Assembly (NCBI GenBank): GCA_965205975.1
Contig: OZ242195.1
Coordinates: 5,248,001-5,312,000, forward strand
Direction: 5' to 3'
DNA from: Candidatus Latescibacterota bacterium
GTDB taxonomy: Bacteria > Latescibacterota > UBA2968
DNA: 64,000 bases
Position 1 is the first letter of the stretch, and the number at the start of each line of letters is the position of its first letter. The notes under the pieces are model-generated. The model made no database searches. It was given only the letters and a program-made list of their open reading frames with translations, and had not been told where the DNA came from. This document shows, in pieces, positions 39,213 to 49,203 of this stretch. The position numbers were made by a program, and so were the translations under genes.

Positions 39213-40406
39213 ATGCACACGCGTTCCTTCTTTGCGATGCTTTCATTATCTGTGCTAATGGCTGGTTCTGCCCTTGCACAGGGAGTGAGCCCCGAATCGG
39301 CTGAAAAGTATAATGCTGGACAGGAATTATTCAAGAAACGACAGTTTCAAAGAGCACTCGCATCTTTTGAAGAGGCTGTAAAGATCGATGGCAAAAACGC
39401 GCAGGCATATCGCGCGATGGGCACGACGTACAAAAAGTTGCGCAATTATACAAAGGCCGTTGAAGCTTATCAAATGGCGACTTCAATTAAGTCGGATTAT
39501 GCAGCCGCTTATTTTGAAATGGGCGAATTGCAATTTCAGACCAAAGACTATACAGGTGCCCAGGCCAGCATACAAAAGGTGATGGCGATTGATCCCAGCT
39601 TTGAAGCAAATAAAACACGGGAGATATTGAAGAAAGCCTATCTTCAAGAGGGGACCATGTTGTTCAGACGGCGAAATTACAAGGCTGCCGCGGCTCAGTA
39701 TGAAAGTGCTACACAAGTCGATCCTTCGGATGCGACCGTATTTTACAATTTGGGATTGGCACATAAAAGTGCACGCAGTGTAAATGCCGCACGGGAAGCA
39801 CTTGAAACTGCCATTGAACTGAATCCAAACTATGGCAGAGCACATCGCGTTTTGGGCGATCTCTTCAGGGCGACAGGAAAAAATAGCAGTGCAGCAAGAG
39901 CGTACTTAAATGCGATTCAAGCCGACGCAAAAGATACGAAATCTCGCCTGAATCTGGCAATAGTCTATCAGGCGATGAAGCAAAATAGCAAAGCGATTTC
40001 CGTGCTTTCAAAAGCGGCACAGGTTGATCCCAAAAATGCAACGGTTCACACAGCACTTGGCAAGGCTTATGCAGATGGCAGGCAGTACACAAATGCTGTT
40101 GCTTCCTATAAAAGGGCACTGGGCATTAAGAGTACCTCCGAGGTGAATTATCGGATAGCCGTGCCTTATTTTGAACTCAAGCAATATCAAAATGCCATCA
40201 GGCATGCCAATCAAGCGCTGTCCGCGTCTAAATGGAGAGTGCCCGCCAATGTCATTCTGGGCGATTGTTATCGCGAGCTTGGCCAAAAGGAAAGAGCGAT
40301 AGCGTACTACAAAAAAGCGGTTGGGAATCGCCAATATAAGAAATACGCCGAAGACCAGATCGATCGCATCCTCAATCCAATGGGCGGTGGAGAAGAGGCA
40401 CAGTAA
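39213..40406 (+). CDS. Exported TPR-repeat protein
   Basis: Signal peptide ending SALA-Q; about nine TPRs. Confidence 0.9.
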   Translation: MHTRSFFAMLSLSVLMAGSALAQGVSPESAEKYNAGQELFKKRQFQRALASFEEAVKIDGKNAQAYRAMGTTYKKLRNYTKAVEAYQMATSIKSDYAAAYFEMGELQFQTKDYTGAQASIQKVMAIDPSFEANKTREILKKAYLQEGTMLFRRRNYKAAAAQYESATQVDPSDATVFYNLGLAHKSARSVNAAREALETAIELNPNYGRAHRVLGDLFRATGKNSSAARAYLNAIQADAKDTKSRLNLAIVYQAMKQNSKAISVLSKAAQVDPKNATVHTALGKAYADGRQYTNAVASYKRALGIKSTSEVNYRIAVPYFELKQYQNAIRHANQALSASKWRVPANVILGDCYRELGQKERAIAYYKKAVGNRQYKKYAEDQIDRILNPMGGGEEAQ

Positions 40407-40433
40407 GTAGTGCAGTGATTTGTGTTAAAAATG

Positions 40434-40462
40434 AAAAGGGACTCTTTTTGAGTCCCTTTTTT
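40434..40462 (+). terminator. Intrinsic terminator
   Basis: AAAAGGGACTC-TTTTT-GAGTCCCTTTTTT. Confidence 0.75.
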
Positions 40463-40481
40463 GTGGGAGAATCCTCTTTTT

Positions 40482-41633
40482 GTGAAAAAAGACACTTTTT
40501 TGTATATCAATGCCTTTTTAATGGATTGTTGTTTTGCCATTGTGGGTGTTTGCGTTCCATTACACGCCTTGCGATTCGGTGCGACTTATGACGATCTGGG
40601 GCACATCAATGCCTGGGGGGCATTGGCTTATACTCTGACCAGTCTCGTGTCGGGACGTCTTGCAGATCGGATGGGTTATCGCCTGGTTATGACTGTCGGG
40701 TGTGTGTTTCTCGCGCTGGCATTTGTGGGATATATCGGGGTCAATCACATCTGGCATTTTATTTTGCTTTCTGTGCTTACGGCGGTTGCCATTGCACATT
40801 ATTGGCCCCCGATGCAAGCCTATCTTGGGCGTGGGAAATCGCGAGATATGCTGTTACCCGCGTTGGGGCGATTCAATGTGGCGTGGACATTGGGCGTGTG
40901 TATTGGTCCGGCCGCAGGTGGTGAGTTGTTTGAATTTCACCCTTTTAGTGGATTTCTTCTGAGTGGTTTTTTGGTTGTTCTGTTATTTGCCGGTTTGCTC
41001 GTTGTTCCGGTTGTGGAATCGGAGCCTGATGTTGTAAATAGACGATCGGTTACCGCAACGTCGGGACATTTTTTACCACTTGCATTGCTGGCCAATTTTG
41101 CAACATTTTTTGCTATTGGTCTTGTGCGCGCGCTGTTTCCAAAGTTGGCGATAGACCTCGACATTTCACCGAGTTTGCTGGGGTATTTGCTCGCGCTGAT
41201 CGCTTTGACCCAACTTGCAGTTTTTTATTTTATGTCGCGGACGGATAGATGGCAATTTCGCCTGTCACCTATTATTTTTGCTCAGCTTTTGGCCGCTTTT
41301 GGTCTCGGTTTGATCGGGATAGGTACACAGCCGATTGTTTTTGCATGTGGTTTTTTGCTGTTGGGCGGGCTTATTGGGGTGACGTTTACGGCGAGTATTT
41401 TTTACAGTTTATACGCCGAAGGTCCAGGAGGTCGTCGCACGGGTATTCACGAAGCGATTGTGGGGAGTGGATTTTTATTTGGTCCTCTTCTCGGCGGTCT
41501 TGTTGCCGAGCATTTCAATGCGCGATTGCCCTATTTGATGGGTAGTATGGTTATTCTGTTGACGATAGGTATTCAGTTGTTTATCCATAAAATGAAAGCT
41601 CCCAGCGGCTTTGTGCCACAGGCGGGCGATTAG
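40482..41633 (+). CDS. MFS transporter
   Basis: About 12 TM segments; motif A SGRLADRMGYR; GPLLGGLVAE. Confidence 0.9.
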   Translation: MKKDTFLYINAFLMDCCFAIVGVCVPLHALRFGATYDDLGHINAWGALAYTLTSLVSGRLADRMGYRLVMTVGCVFLALAFVGYIGVNHIWHFILLSVLTAVAIAHYWPPMQAYLGRGKSRDMLLPALGRFNVAWTLGVCIGPAAGGELFEFHPFSGFLLSGFLVVLLFAGLLVVPVVESEPDVVNRRSVTATSGHFLPLALLANFATFFAIGLVRALFPKLAIDLDISPSLLGYLLALIALTQLAVFYFMSRTDRWQFRLSPIIFAQLLAAFGLGLIGIGTQPIVFACGFLLLGGLIGVTFTASIFYSLYAEGPGGRRTGIHEAIVGSGFLFGPLLGGLVAEHFNARLPYLMGSMVILLTIGIQLFIHKMKAPSGFVPQAGD

Positions 41634-41652
41634 TTTTCAATTTGTGTGGAGA

Positions 41653-42303
41653 ATGAATTTGAAAAAGCGTTTTAGTAAAGCTGAGAAAGCCGAAAGAATT
41701 GCCGAGATTTTGGACGAATTGTATCCCGATCCCGAAGCATCGCTGAGACACGGGAGTGCTTATACCCTGCTGGTCGCTGTGTTGTTGTCGGCGCAGTGTA
41801 CCGATGTGCGGGTCAATCAGGTGACGCCGGTTTTATTTGCCAGGGCAGATACGCCAGAGAAAATGATTGCACTGTCGGTTGAAGAAATTGAAGGTATTAT
41901 CCGTCCGTGTGGGTTGGCGCCTCGAAAAGCGCAGGCTATTTTTGATTTGTCCCGTATTTTACTGGATAAACACGATGGCGAGGTGCCCCAATCTTATGAA
42001 GATTTGGAAGCATTGCCCGGCGTGGGACATAAGACTGCGTCGGTGGTGATGGCTCAGGCTTTTGACGTGCCAGCATTTCCCGTGGATACACATATTCACC
42101 GTCTCGCCTACCGATGGGGGTTGTCCAATGGCAAAAATGTGGTGCAGACCGAGCGCGATTTGAAACGCATTTTCCCCGCGGAAATTTGGAATAAGTTGCA
42201 TTTGCAGATTATCTTTTTTGGCCGAGAATATTGTCCGGCCAGGGGACATGATCCCCATCAATGCCGCATTTGCGGTGTGTATGGACGCAGGAGTTTGCTT
42301 TGA
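41653..42303 (+). CDS. nth: Endonuclease III
   Basis: LLVAVLLSAQCTD, HhH LPGVGHKTA, FPVDTHIHR, C-terminal Cys cluster. Confidence 0.95.
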   Translation: MNLKKRFSKAEKAERIAEILDELYPDPEASLRHGSAYTLLVAVLLSAQCTDVRVNQVTPVLFARADTPEKMIALSVEEIEGIIRPCGLAPRKAQAIFDLSRILLDKHDGEVPQSYEDLEALPGVGHKTASVVMAQAFDVPAFPVDTHIHRLAYRWGLSNGKNVVQTERDLKRIFPAEIWNKLHLQIIFFGREYCPARGHDPHQCRICGVYGRRSLL

Positions 42304-42319
42304 GAGACAGGAGGTGGAA

Positions 42320-43459
42320 GTGAAGATTCGAGCGATTTCGATTTCGGTGTTTGAGTTGCCTGCCAATACGGGGCGGTTTCGGATGGAACAAACCGGTCGT
42401 GGTGTCCGCAAGCGATGGGAGAAACGGGGTGCGGGTAAGTCGGCAGAGCATATACACGTTTTGCATGTAAAGACAGACGAAGACATCGAAGGGGTGTGTA
42501 CAGTGGGGGATGCGCGGTACACGACGATGCGTCCTGAAGATCTGGAGCAATTGCGGTTGCTAACGATTGGTGAAGATCCTTTTGATCGCGAACGACTCGG
42601 TCAAAAATTACACAAAGCAACGCGCGGCATGTTTACGCGCCCTGGATGGTTTGGTGCTTTTGACAATTGTTTGTGGGATATTGCTGGCAAGGTTGCGGGG
42701 CTGCCTGTTTACAGTCTGATTGGTCGGGCGCGGTCTTCCTGTGCGACTTATTACAATTTTAGAAGTGGCTCACAAGAGGAGGCTGTAGCCGATGCAAAAA
42801 AGGCAGTGGAAATGGGATTTTTGGCTGTAAAAGATCACTTTGGGGGTACGGCAGATGAGAATATCGCGTGTTTTCGCGCTGTGCGCGATGCGGTTGGGAG
42901 TGATGTCGATATTTTGCACGATGCCGCAGGGTGTGATTATACGTTGCAAGATGCGATTCGGGTGGGTAAGACTCTGGAGGCGTTGCGGTTTGGGTGGTTT
43001 GAAGAGCCTTTGGCAGATCGAGATCAAAAGAGCTTGCAGCGTTTGTGCGACGCGCTGGATATTCCCATTTTGGCGCCTGAGACTTTGATGCACGATGTGG
43101 ATTTAAGTGCGCAATGGATTATTTCCGGGGCAACTGATGCCCTGCGTGCCAATGCGCGGCTGGGTACAACTCCGACGTTGAAATTGGCACATTTGACTGA
43201 GATGCACGGCGCAAATATTGAATTTAATGGACCAGGTGGGTTGTTTGGACTGGTGCATGCACATCTGGTTTGTGCCATATCGAATACGAGTTATTACGAG
43301 TTTTTCCCTGGGGGATCCCGGGATGTGCGCGGTCGGGAGATTGGGTTGCTCAATCCACCATTGCCCGAGAATGGCCATATTACACCGCCCAATGATCCCG
43401 GATGGGGTGCCGAATGGGATTGGGAGTTTTTTGGGAAGAAGCGGATTGGAGAATTGTAA
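42320..43459 (+). CDS. Mandelate racemase/muconate lactonizing (enolase superfamily) enzyme
   Basis: DNCLWDIAGKVAGLPVYSLIG, KDH, ILHDA, WFEEP, PGWGAEWD; GTG start after AGGAGG. Confidence 0.88.
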   Translation: MKIRAISISVFELPANTGRFRMEQTGRGVRKRWEKRGAGKSAEHIHVLHVKTDEDIEGVCTVGDARYTTMRPEDLEQLRLLTIGEDPFDRERLGQKLHKATRGMFTRPGWFGAFDNCLWDIAGKVAGLPVYSLIGRARSSCATYYNFRSGSQEEAVADAKKAVEMGFLAVKDHFGGTADENIACFRAVRDAVGSDVDILHDAAGCDYTLQDAIRVGKTLEALRFGWFEEPLADRDQKSLQRLCDALDIPILAPETLMHDVDLSAQWIISGATDALRANARLGTTPTLKLAHLTEMHGANIEFNGPGGLFGLVHAHLVCAISNTSYYEFFPGGSRDVRGREIGLLNPPLPENGHITPPNDPGWGAEWDWEFFGKKRIGEL

Positions 43460-43467
43460 AAAGCATC

Positions 43468-43498
43468 CGCAGATGGACGCAGATGGACGCAGATGGAC
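43468..43498 (+). repeat. Decamer tandem repeat CGCAGATGGA x3
   Basis: Read directly from the sequence; intergenic. Confidence 0.85.
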
Positions 43499-43532
43499 AG
43501 AAATAAAAAACTGACTACTAAAAGGAGATTTT

Positions 43533-44777
43533 ATGGCTTCTGATAAACCAAATATTATTCTGATTCTGTCCGATGATTTGGGATATGAATGCCTGGGGTG
43601 TTATGGGGGTGAATCATATCAAACGCCTGTGCTGGATGGTTTGAGCAAGGAGGGGATGCGTTTTGACCATGCGTATGTTCTGCCGTTGTGTACGCCGACG
43701 CGGTTACAGTTGATGACGGGTAAATACAATTTTCGCAATTGGAGAGCTTTTGGGGTGATGGATCCTCAGGAGCGCACTTTTGGGCATTTGATGAAAGCGG
43801 CTGGGTACAAAACGTGTATTTCGGGCAAATGGCAAATGTATAGCTATAATCCGCCGGATTTTGAACCCGAGTGGCGCGGCAAGGGGCAACTGGCGGAAGA
43901 TTCGGGTTTTGATGAGTATTGCTTGTGGCATACGGAACACACGGAGGATAAGGGGTCGCGATATGCCGATCCGATGATTCAGCAAAATGGGGAGTATTTG
44001 GAGGATACAGAGGGTAAGTACGGCCCGGATATTTATACGGCTTATATTTGCGATTATATCGAGCGACATAAGGACGATCCGTTTTTTGTTTATTATCCCA
44101 TGGCGCTGACACACGGTCCGTTTGAACCCACGCCCCATAGCCAAATATGGTCTGAAAACCGACACGATAGCGGGGTGAAGTATTTTAAAGATATGGTTGA
44201 GTATATGGATGTGGTGATTGGGCGAATTGTAGATAAATTGGATGAGCTTGGGCTTAGAGAGAATACTTTGCTTTTGTTTATTGGCGATAATGGGTCGCCC
44301 CGTCAGGTGACTTCTATGATCAATGGCCGCGAGTTCCAGGGGGGAAAGGGTCTTTCGACGGATGCGGGTACACGGGTGCCATTTGTTGCGAGTTGGCCGG
44401 GTGCGATTCCCCCGGGGTCTGTTTGTGATGATTTGATTGATTGTAGCGATTTTGTGCCCACTATGATGGATATGGCTGGTATTTCTTTGCCCGAGGACGA
44501 TGTGTTTGATGGGGTATCATTTTTGCCGCAGTTAAAGGGCGAGACGGGTGCGCCGAGAGAGTGGATTTTTGCCCATCACGATCCTTTGCCCGGATGGGGT
44601 AAGGAGGGGTATTACTTAAAGCGATGGGCACAGGATAAACGCTGGAAACTCTACGATACAGGCGATTTGTACGATGTTGTAGCAGATGAGTTGGAAGAGC
44701 ATCCGGTCGTCGATGGCGGTGCAGACGCAGAGGCAGCGCGACGAAAATTGCAGCCCGTGCTGGATCGGATGAAGTAG
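43533..44777 (+). CDS. Arylsulfatase-family sulfatase
   Basis: PNIILILSDDLG, LCTPTRLQLMTGKY, GKWQ, GDNG. Confidence 0.92.
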   Translation: MASDKPNIILILSDDLGYECLGCYGGESYQTPVLDGLSKEGMRFDHAYVLPLCTPTRLQLMTGKYNFRNWRAFGVMDPQERTFGHLMKAAGYKTCISGKWQMYSYNPPDFEPEWRGKGQLAEDSGFDEYCLWHTEHTEDKGSRYADPMIQQNGEYLEDTEGKYGPDIYTAYICDYIERHKDDPFFVYYPMALTHGPFEPTPHSQIWSENRHDSGVKYFKDMVEYMDVVIGRIVDKLDELGLRENTLLLFIGDNGSPRQVTSMINGREFQGGKGLSTDAGTRVPFVASWPGAIPPGSVCDDLIDCSDFVPTMMDMAGISLPEDDVFDGVSFLPQLKGETGAPREWIFAHHDPLPGWGKEGYYLKRWAQDKRWKLYDTGDLYDVVADELEEHPVVDGGADAEAARRKLQPVLDRMK

Positions 44778-44963
44778 CAGGTGTGTTGCACATTTTGTTC
44801 TGTGGAAGATGGCTATTGTGAATAGATTGTTCAACACCCGTCTGCTTTGATATAGTATAAGTTTTTTTATAACAATAAGTTATTGCTCCGAGCGGTTCTG
44901 GCACGCTCCTTGCCTGATTCTATTGCTTCTTTTAGTGGGTTCCTTTCAGGCAAGGAGGTTTTG

Positions 44964-46502
44964 ATGACTGCGCGTGTGTTGAGTTGTGCAATACTGGGTA
45001 TTGATGCGTATATCGTGCATATTGAGGCGGATATTTCGCGTCGGATTCCCGCATTTTCAGTGGTGGGTTTACCCGATAGTGCTGTGAAGGAAAGCCGGGA
45101 TCGGGTGATGGCTGCGATTAAAAATGCCGGGCGAACATTTCCAACTAACCGGATTACGGTGAATTTGGCACCGGCAGATATCCGAAAGGAAGGCTCGGCA
45201 TTTGATTTGCCGATTGCGATAGGCATTATTGCCGCGATGGGCGATTCAATTTCACCCGAGAAGCTGTCGCAATATCTCATTTTGGGTGAGTTGGCTTTAG
45301 ATGGCACGGTGCGACCCGTGCGCGGGGTGCTGTCAATGGCTGTGGAAGCCAAAAAGGCGGGCTTAAAAGGGTTGCTCGTTCCTGTGGAGAATGCGCGAGA
45401 GGCGGCGATTACAGGCGGGTTAGATGTTTTGCCGGTATGCGATTTGAGTGAGGCACTGGATTTTTTTGAGGGGTATTGCGATATCATGCCCTTTGAAATC
45501 GATAGTAAGGCGATTTTTCGGCGTGCGCGGATGCATCGGGTGGATTTTAAGGATGTGCGCGGGCAGGAGCATGCAAAGCGCGCGCTGGAGGTGGCGGCGG
45601 CAGGCGCGCATAACGCGATTCTCATGGGGCCTCCTGGATCGGGTAAGACGATGCTCGCCAGACGATTGCCGACCATTTTACCCGATCTGACGCTGGATGA
45701 GGCTCTGCAGACGACAAAAATTCACTCGGTGGCGGGGTTGTTGACGCCCGATACGGCACTCGTGGCAGTAAGGCCGTTTCGCTCGCCGCATCACACGATT
45801 TCAGATGCGGGGTTGATCGGTGGCGGTCCCTATCCCCGGCCAGGAGAGGTGTCGCTGGCACATCACGGGGTGCTGTTTTTGGATGAGCTTCCCGAGTTTA
45901 AGAAACAGGTTTTGGAATCTCTTCGCCAGCCCATTGAGGACAGTTTTGTGACGATTGCCCGCGCGGCGATGTCGCTTTCGTATCCGGCGCAGTTTATGCT
46001 CGTTTGCGCCATGAATCCGTGCCCCTGCGGATATTTGGGCGATCCGCACCACGAGTGTATTTGCTCGCCACCTGTGGTGCAGCGCTATGTCAATCGGATC
46101 TCGGGACCGTTGATGGATCGCATTGATATTCACGTAGAAGCTCCGGCTGTGCAGTATGAAGAATTGGCCAATGAACCGACTGGCGAGTCTTCCGCAGAGG
46201 TTCGCAAGCGCGTGCAAGGTGCGCGGCAAATACAGTTGGAACGGTTTGCGGATTATAGAGATTTGTTTAGCAACGCGCACATGGGGTCGCGAGAGATTCG
46301 GATGTTTTGCAAAATTGATGATAGGAGCGAGGAGTTGTTGCGGATGGCGATTACGCGATTGGGGCTGTCGGCGCGGGCTTATGATCGCATCCTGAAGGCG
46401 AGCCGCACAATAGCAGATCTGGAAGGTGAAGAGGATATCCAATCGCGCCACGTTGCCGAGGCGATTCAATACCGTAGTTTGGATAGAAGATTGTGGGAGT
46501 AA
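44964..46502 (+). CDS. comM: ComM/YifB Mg-chelatase-like AAA+ ATPase
   Basis: VGLPDSAVKESRDRV, NLAPADIRKEGSAFDLPIA, GPPGSGKT, GEVSLAHHGVLFLDE, NPCPCG, LSARAYDR. Confidence 0.93.
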   Translation: MTARVLSCAILGIDAYIVHIEADISRRIPAFSVVGLPDSAVKESRDRVMAAIKNAGRTFPTNRITVNLAPADIRKEGSAFDLPIAIGIIAAMGDSISPEKLSQYLILGELALDGTVRPVRGVLSMAVEAKKAGLKGLLVPVENAREAAITGGLDVLPVCDLSEALDFFEGYCDIMPFEIDSKAIFRRARMHRVDFKDVRGQEHAKRALEVAAAGAHNAILMGPPGSGKTMLARRLPTILPDLTLDEALQTTKIHSVAGLLTPDTALVAVRPFRSPHHTISDAGLIGGGPYPRPGEVSLAHHGVLFLDELPEFKKQVLESLRQPIEDSFVTIARAAMSLSYPAQFMLVCAMNPCPCGYLGDPHHECICSPPVVQRYVNRISGPLMDRIDIHVEAPAVQYEELANEPTGESSAEVRKRVQGARQIQLERFADYRDLFSNAHMGSREIRMFCKIDDRSEELLRMAITRLGLSARAYDRILKASRTIADLEGEEDIQSRHVAEAIQYRSLDRRLWE

Positions 46503-46577
46503 TATCACAATTGTAAAACGATGTCCAGGACGGTATATTATGACATTCCTCGAAACAGTTGAGCAGGAGTATCCAAA

Positions 46578-46919
46578 ATGAAAAAAGAACTATTTGATGA
46601 TTTACTCCAAAGTGTGCGTGAGGGAGGTGCTATTATGCGCGATGAGATGGCACCGAGTCGCGTATTTGATTTTGCGCCTTTGGATGTCAAAGCCATTCGC
46701 GAAAAGCTCAATAAGTCTCAACATGAATTTGCACTCATGATAGGTGTGAGTACGTCAAAGCTACAAGATTGGGAAAAAGAGTGTTGCATTCCCCAAGGCT
46801 CTGCCCATGCAGTATTAAAAATTGTGGAAAAGAATCCCAAAGAGTTTGCCGAGGTATTAGAGGTGTGCAAAAAATCTCTTGCAGGGGATCGTCGGATTTC
46901 GTCCAGTCAACAGGATTGA
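46578..46919 (+). CDS. HigA/NadS-like XRE HTH protein (orphan antitoxin-like)
   Basis: LFDDLLQSVREG...DVKAIREKLNKSQHEFALMIGVSTSKLQDWE...LKIVEKNP. Confidence 0.75.
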   Translation: MKKELFDDLLQSVREGGAIMRDEMAPSRVFDFAPLDVKAIREKLNKSQHEFALMIGVSTSKLQDWEKECCIPQGSAHAVLKIVEKNPKEFAEVLEVCKKSLAGDRRISSSQQD

Positions 46920-46948
46920 ATTCATCCTGAATCGGCGGATATCTAAAC

Positions 46949-46984
46949 AAAAAGCGGAGCTTTGAAAGATGCTCCGCTTTTTTT
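46949..46984 (+). terminator. Intrinsic terminator
   Basis: AAAAGCGGAGC...GCTCCGCTTTTTTT. Confidence 0.7.
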
Positions 46985-46994
46985 GGGCTACAAT

Positions 46995-49199
46995 ATGAAA
47001 CGCGATGCGAATAAAATTATAATATCAGGTGTAAAGGGCGAGGTGTGCATTCGGCGGATGGCACATGGGTTTCCGCATATTTCGGCGCAGGATGAAGGGG
47101 ATCGGTATTACGGTCTGGGGTATGCACATGGCCGGGATAGGCAGATGCACATGTGGTTGCTCAAGCTCATTGGGCGGGGGAATGCGTCTGCATATCTGAA
47201 AGCGGATGACGAGTTGATTGAGGTAGATCGATTTATGCGCTGGCTCGATATAGCGGGTGATGCGGATCGGGAAGCGCGACGTTTGTCACCTGATGTGCAA
47301 GCGGTTCTGGATGCGTATTGCAAGGGGGTGAATCAGGCGGTGCGCGCAACGGGAACGCCTTTTGAATTTAAGCTGATGGGGTATCGACCAGATGACTGGA
47401 CGCCGGCAGATGCACTGCTGATGGTCAAGCTGATCGGTTTTGTGGGGCTTTCGCAAATGCAGGGCGATATGGAGAAGTTGATTGTTCAGTTGATTCAAAA
47501 GGGTCTGGACACGGAGCGGTTGAAGGAACTTTTTCCGGCAATTCGGGATGATGTATCAGAAGAGTACATCGATCTGATAAAGAAGGTGCGTCTGGTGCGT
47601 CCGATGATTCCAGCATCTGTGGTGTGGCGCGATTTGTTGCCCGATTTTTCTGCGAGCAATAATTGGGCTGTGCGTCCGTCAAAGACGGCATCTGGATGGG
47701 CGATGATGTGTGGAGATCCGCATCTGCAATTGCAATTGCCTTCGGTGTGGTATCTGGCGGTTCTGGCTGGAGAAGATGATTATTTGATGGGGGCGACTTT
47801 GCCGGGGTTGCCGGTTGTGGCTATGGGACGATCACCCGACCTGTCGTGGGCAGCGACCTATGGTACTGCCGATGTGTGTGATTATTTTGTGGAGGAGGTG
47901 AAGGAAGGGAAGTATAGATGTGGGGATAAATGGGTGCCTTTGCGCGTGCGAGAAGAGGTTATTAGGCCCAAGAAGCGGGATCCGATAGGGTTGCGCGTTT
48001 GCGAGACAGAGCGCGGTTTGTTGGAGGGCGAGGTCAATGAGGATGGGTTTTATCTGTGTTATGCGTGGACGGGTAAGCAGCAAAAGGGGACGGGTGCGGA
48101 TTCGCTGGATTGTGTTTTGCGGATTACAAAGTCAAAAGGCGTTGAAGAGGCACGGGATTATTTTGCGGGGTTGACGTTTGCGCCGTTTAATTGGGTGTTT
48201 GCTGATCGGGCGGGGAATATTGGATATCAACTCGGCGGGCTGGTGCCCAAACAACCCGAAGGTTCATCGGGTTTGCTTCCGTATTTGGGTTGGGATGAGA
48301 AACAGAATTGGGATGGGATGGTGGATCCAATATTGTATCCGCGTGCGATGAATCCGGAATGTGATTTTATTGTGACGGCAAATCAGGATCTCAATTCTAT
48401 GGGGCAGACTGAGCCGATGAAGTTGTCGATTTCTTCTTATCGCGCGGATCGTATTTGCGAGATGTTGCGGGAGAAGGATGATTTGATAGTAGAGGATATG
48501 AAGCGGATTCACTATGATCTTTACGCGCTTCAGGCCAGGGAGTTTATGGCAATTGTACGTCCGTTGCTACCAGAATCAGAAAACGGGAATATATTGCGGG
48601 AGTGGGATTTGTGTTATGATGCGGATTCTCTGGGGGCGACGCTTTTTGAGCGCGTTTATCGCGAACTCGTTTTGCTCGTTTTTGGGGATCATGGTTTGGG
48701 ACGCGAGATGGTGACGTTTTTACTGGATGGTACGACGCTGTTCAGTGTCATGCACGGATATTTTGATCGCATTCTTTTGAGTGAGGCATCGGTCTGGTTT
48801 GGAGATCAGCCGCGTGAGGTTCTTTATCAAATGGCGATTGAACGCGGATTAAAGGAAAAAGCCGTGCCACACGGCGAAGTGAGCAGGGTTTATATTGAGC
48901 ATATTTTTTTCAGGGGAAAGTTACCGCGGTTTTTGGGTTTTGATTATTCGCTTGCGAATATTGGGAGTCGGTCAACGGTTTCGCAGGCCGGTGTGTTCAA
49001 AGGTGGCGCGCTTGCGCCGACTTTTCGAATGGTTTGCGATTTTGGGGAGGATGTGCTACACGCGAATGTCGCGGGCGGTGCTTCAGATCGCCGTTTTTCC
49101 AAATACTATACGTCGGGGTTGGATGCGTGGGAACGGGGAGATTACGAGATTTTTGTCCCATCAGAGGAAGATAGCGATTCGTGTGAGCTCAGTCGATAG
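46995..49199 (+). CDS. Penicillin acylase-family (S45) Ntn hydrolase, no signal peptide
   Basis: GFPHISA, GLGYAHGRDR, ASNNWAV (nucleophile Ser), DPHL, IVTANQ. Confidence 0.9.
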   Translation: MKRDANKIIISGVKGEVCIRRMAHGFPHISAQDEGDRYYGLGYAHGRDRQMHMWLLKLIGRGNASAYLKADDELIEVDRFMRWLDIAGDADREARRLSPDVQAVLDAYCKGVNQAVRATGTPFEFKLMGYRPDDWTPADALLMVKLIGFVGLSQMQGDMEKLIVQLIQKGLDTERLKELFPAIRDDVSEEYIDLIKKVRLVRPMIPASVVWRDLLPDFSASNNWAVRPSKTASGWAMMCGDPHLQLQLPSVWYLAVLAGEDDYLMGATLPGLPVVAMGRSPDLSWAATYGTADVCDYFVEEVKEGKYRCGDKWVPLRVREEVIRPKKRDPIGLRVCETERGLLEGEVNEDGFYLCYAWTGKQQKGTGADSLDCVLRITKSKGVEEARDYFAGLTFAPFNWVFADRAGNIGYQLGGLVPKQPEGSSGLLPYLGWDEKQNWDGMVDPILYPRAMNPECDFIVTANQDLNSMGQTEPMKLSISSYRADRICEMLREKDDLIVEDMKRIHYDLYALQAREFMAIVRPLLPESENGNILREWDLCYDADSLGATLFERVYRELVLLVFGDHGLGREMVTFLLDGTTLFSVMHGYFDRILLSEASVWFGDQPREVLYQMAIERGLKEKAVPHGEVSRVYIEHIFFRGKLPRFLGFDYSLANIGSRSTVSQAGVFKGGALAPTFRMVCDFGEDVLHANVAGGASDRRFSKYYTSGLDAWERGDYEIFVPSEEDSDSCELSR

Positions 49200-49203
49200 T
49201 CCC

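Noticed and set aside
44964..46502. comM as an interrupted integration site
   Set aside because: The ORF is full length and no integrase or att-like duplication is visible.
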